IMG/VR virus record: IMGVR_UViG_3300025872_000050
Span: 14,348 to 78,347 of that record
Source of the DNA: a virus
Strand: one strand, 5' to 3'
DNA: 64,000 bases
Below are positions 63,615 through 64,000 of this stretch, in pieces. Below the pieces are notes generated by a model that ran no database searches, was not told the origin of the DNA, and saw nothing but the letters and a program-made list of their open reading frames with translations. The position numbers were made by a program, and so were the translations under genes. The first letter of the stretch is position 1. Each line of letters starts with the position of its first letter.

Positions 63615-64000
63615 TGGCAAGGACAGCAGATCAGCTCGCCGTCATCGTGGCGGACGCGCTCAAGGACAGCAAGCGAGGCCAGACGGGCGCGGGAGGTCGC
63701 GTCATCAAGTCGGCGAAGGTGATCGCCGGCGCGACCAAGGCGAGCGCTGAGACCGGCGTCATCGCCAACGACAACGCGCTTCGCTGGACCGCGAAGACCG
63801 CCGGCACCGGCGGCAACGCGATCACGGTCGAGTTCGTCGTCGCCGGCAACAACACGCCGCTCACCATCGGCGTCGTCAGCAACGCGATCACGGTCAACGT
63901 CGCCACGGACGGCGGCGGGCTGGCCACGTCCACGGCGGACCAGGTCAAGGACGCTGTGATCGCGAGCGGGCCTGCGTCCGCGCTCGTCGACATCGCCGAT
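63614..64000 (+). CDS. Virion structural protein (3' truncated by the window)
   Basis: TGATG coupling; TAKTAGTGGNAITV...ITVNVATD...STA.QV motif. Confidence 0.55.
   Translation, partial: MARTADQLAVIVADALKDSKRGQTGAGGRVIKSAKVIAGATKASAETGVIANDNALRWTAKTAGTGGNAITVEFVVAGNNTPLTIGVVSNAITVNVATDGGGLATSTADQVKDAVIASGPASALVDIAD

Noticed and set aside
111-63993. Numerous long minus-strand ORFs (for example 10899-12986, 39853-41553, 51375-53642)
   Set aside because: They are antisense shadows of high-GC plus-strand genes, with no motifs, no SD and full overlap with well-supported CDSs.
1-64000. Lysogeny module, stop-codon reassignment or intein/intron in Pol A or the helicases
   Set aside because: No integrase or divergent repressor; genes are intact in code 11 with all three stops used; Pol A and the helicases show no intein-like or intron-like insertions.

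Overview
The window is about 64 kb of a high-GC tailed dsDNA bacteriophage genome, siphovirus-like (non-contractile-type tail module with a 1175-aa tape measure). An actinobacterial host is inferred from GC content, an Rpf-type gene and a Thermoleophilia/Gaiellales-like small protein. Every credible gene is on the + strand, and no integrase, tRNA, rRNA or CRISPR array was seen. Gene order: (1) 1-20075, head and tail structural module, opening inside a very large polyvalent-type protein; (2) 20.1-27.4 kb, ligase, a probable packaged protein, a glycosyltransferase, SNF2 helicase and a pyrimidine-dimer glycosylase; (3) 27.5-44.5 kb, replication and DNA-modification module (SSB-like, TOPRIM primase fused to an MCM-like helicase, dCTPase/dUTPase, C5-methyltransferase, beta clamp, four tandem glycosyltransferases, dNTP diphosphohydrolase, dCMP hydroxymethylase-like TS homolog, dCMP deaminase, Pol A, RuvC); (4) 43.5-55.7 kb, small early-type genes behind repeated sigma70-like promoters, including SGNH, SLT, MoxR/VWA, Rpf and a methyltransferase; (5) 55.7-56.9 kb, a non-coding control region rich in TGTWWACA repeats; (6) 56.9-64 kb, regulators, a probable terminase small subunit behind a structured leader, a lysin-like gene, a glycoside hydrolase, a nuclease and virion proteins. 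The most notable observations are a textbook -1 frameshift cassette that would append a zincin/LPD1-like domain to the giant head-module protein, a T4-like hmC pathway with extra glycosyltransferases, an exact 15-nt RBS-occluding hairpin in front of five genes, two families of promoter/operator motifs, and two structured non-coding elements. All functional calls come from motif recognition by eye; no searches were run.
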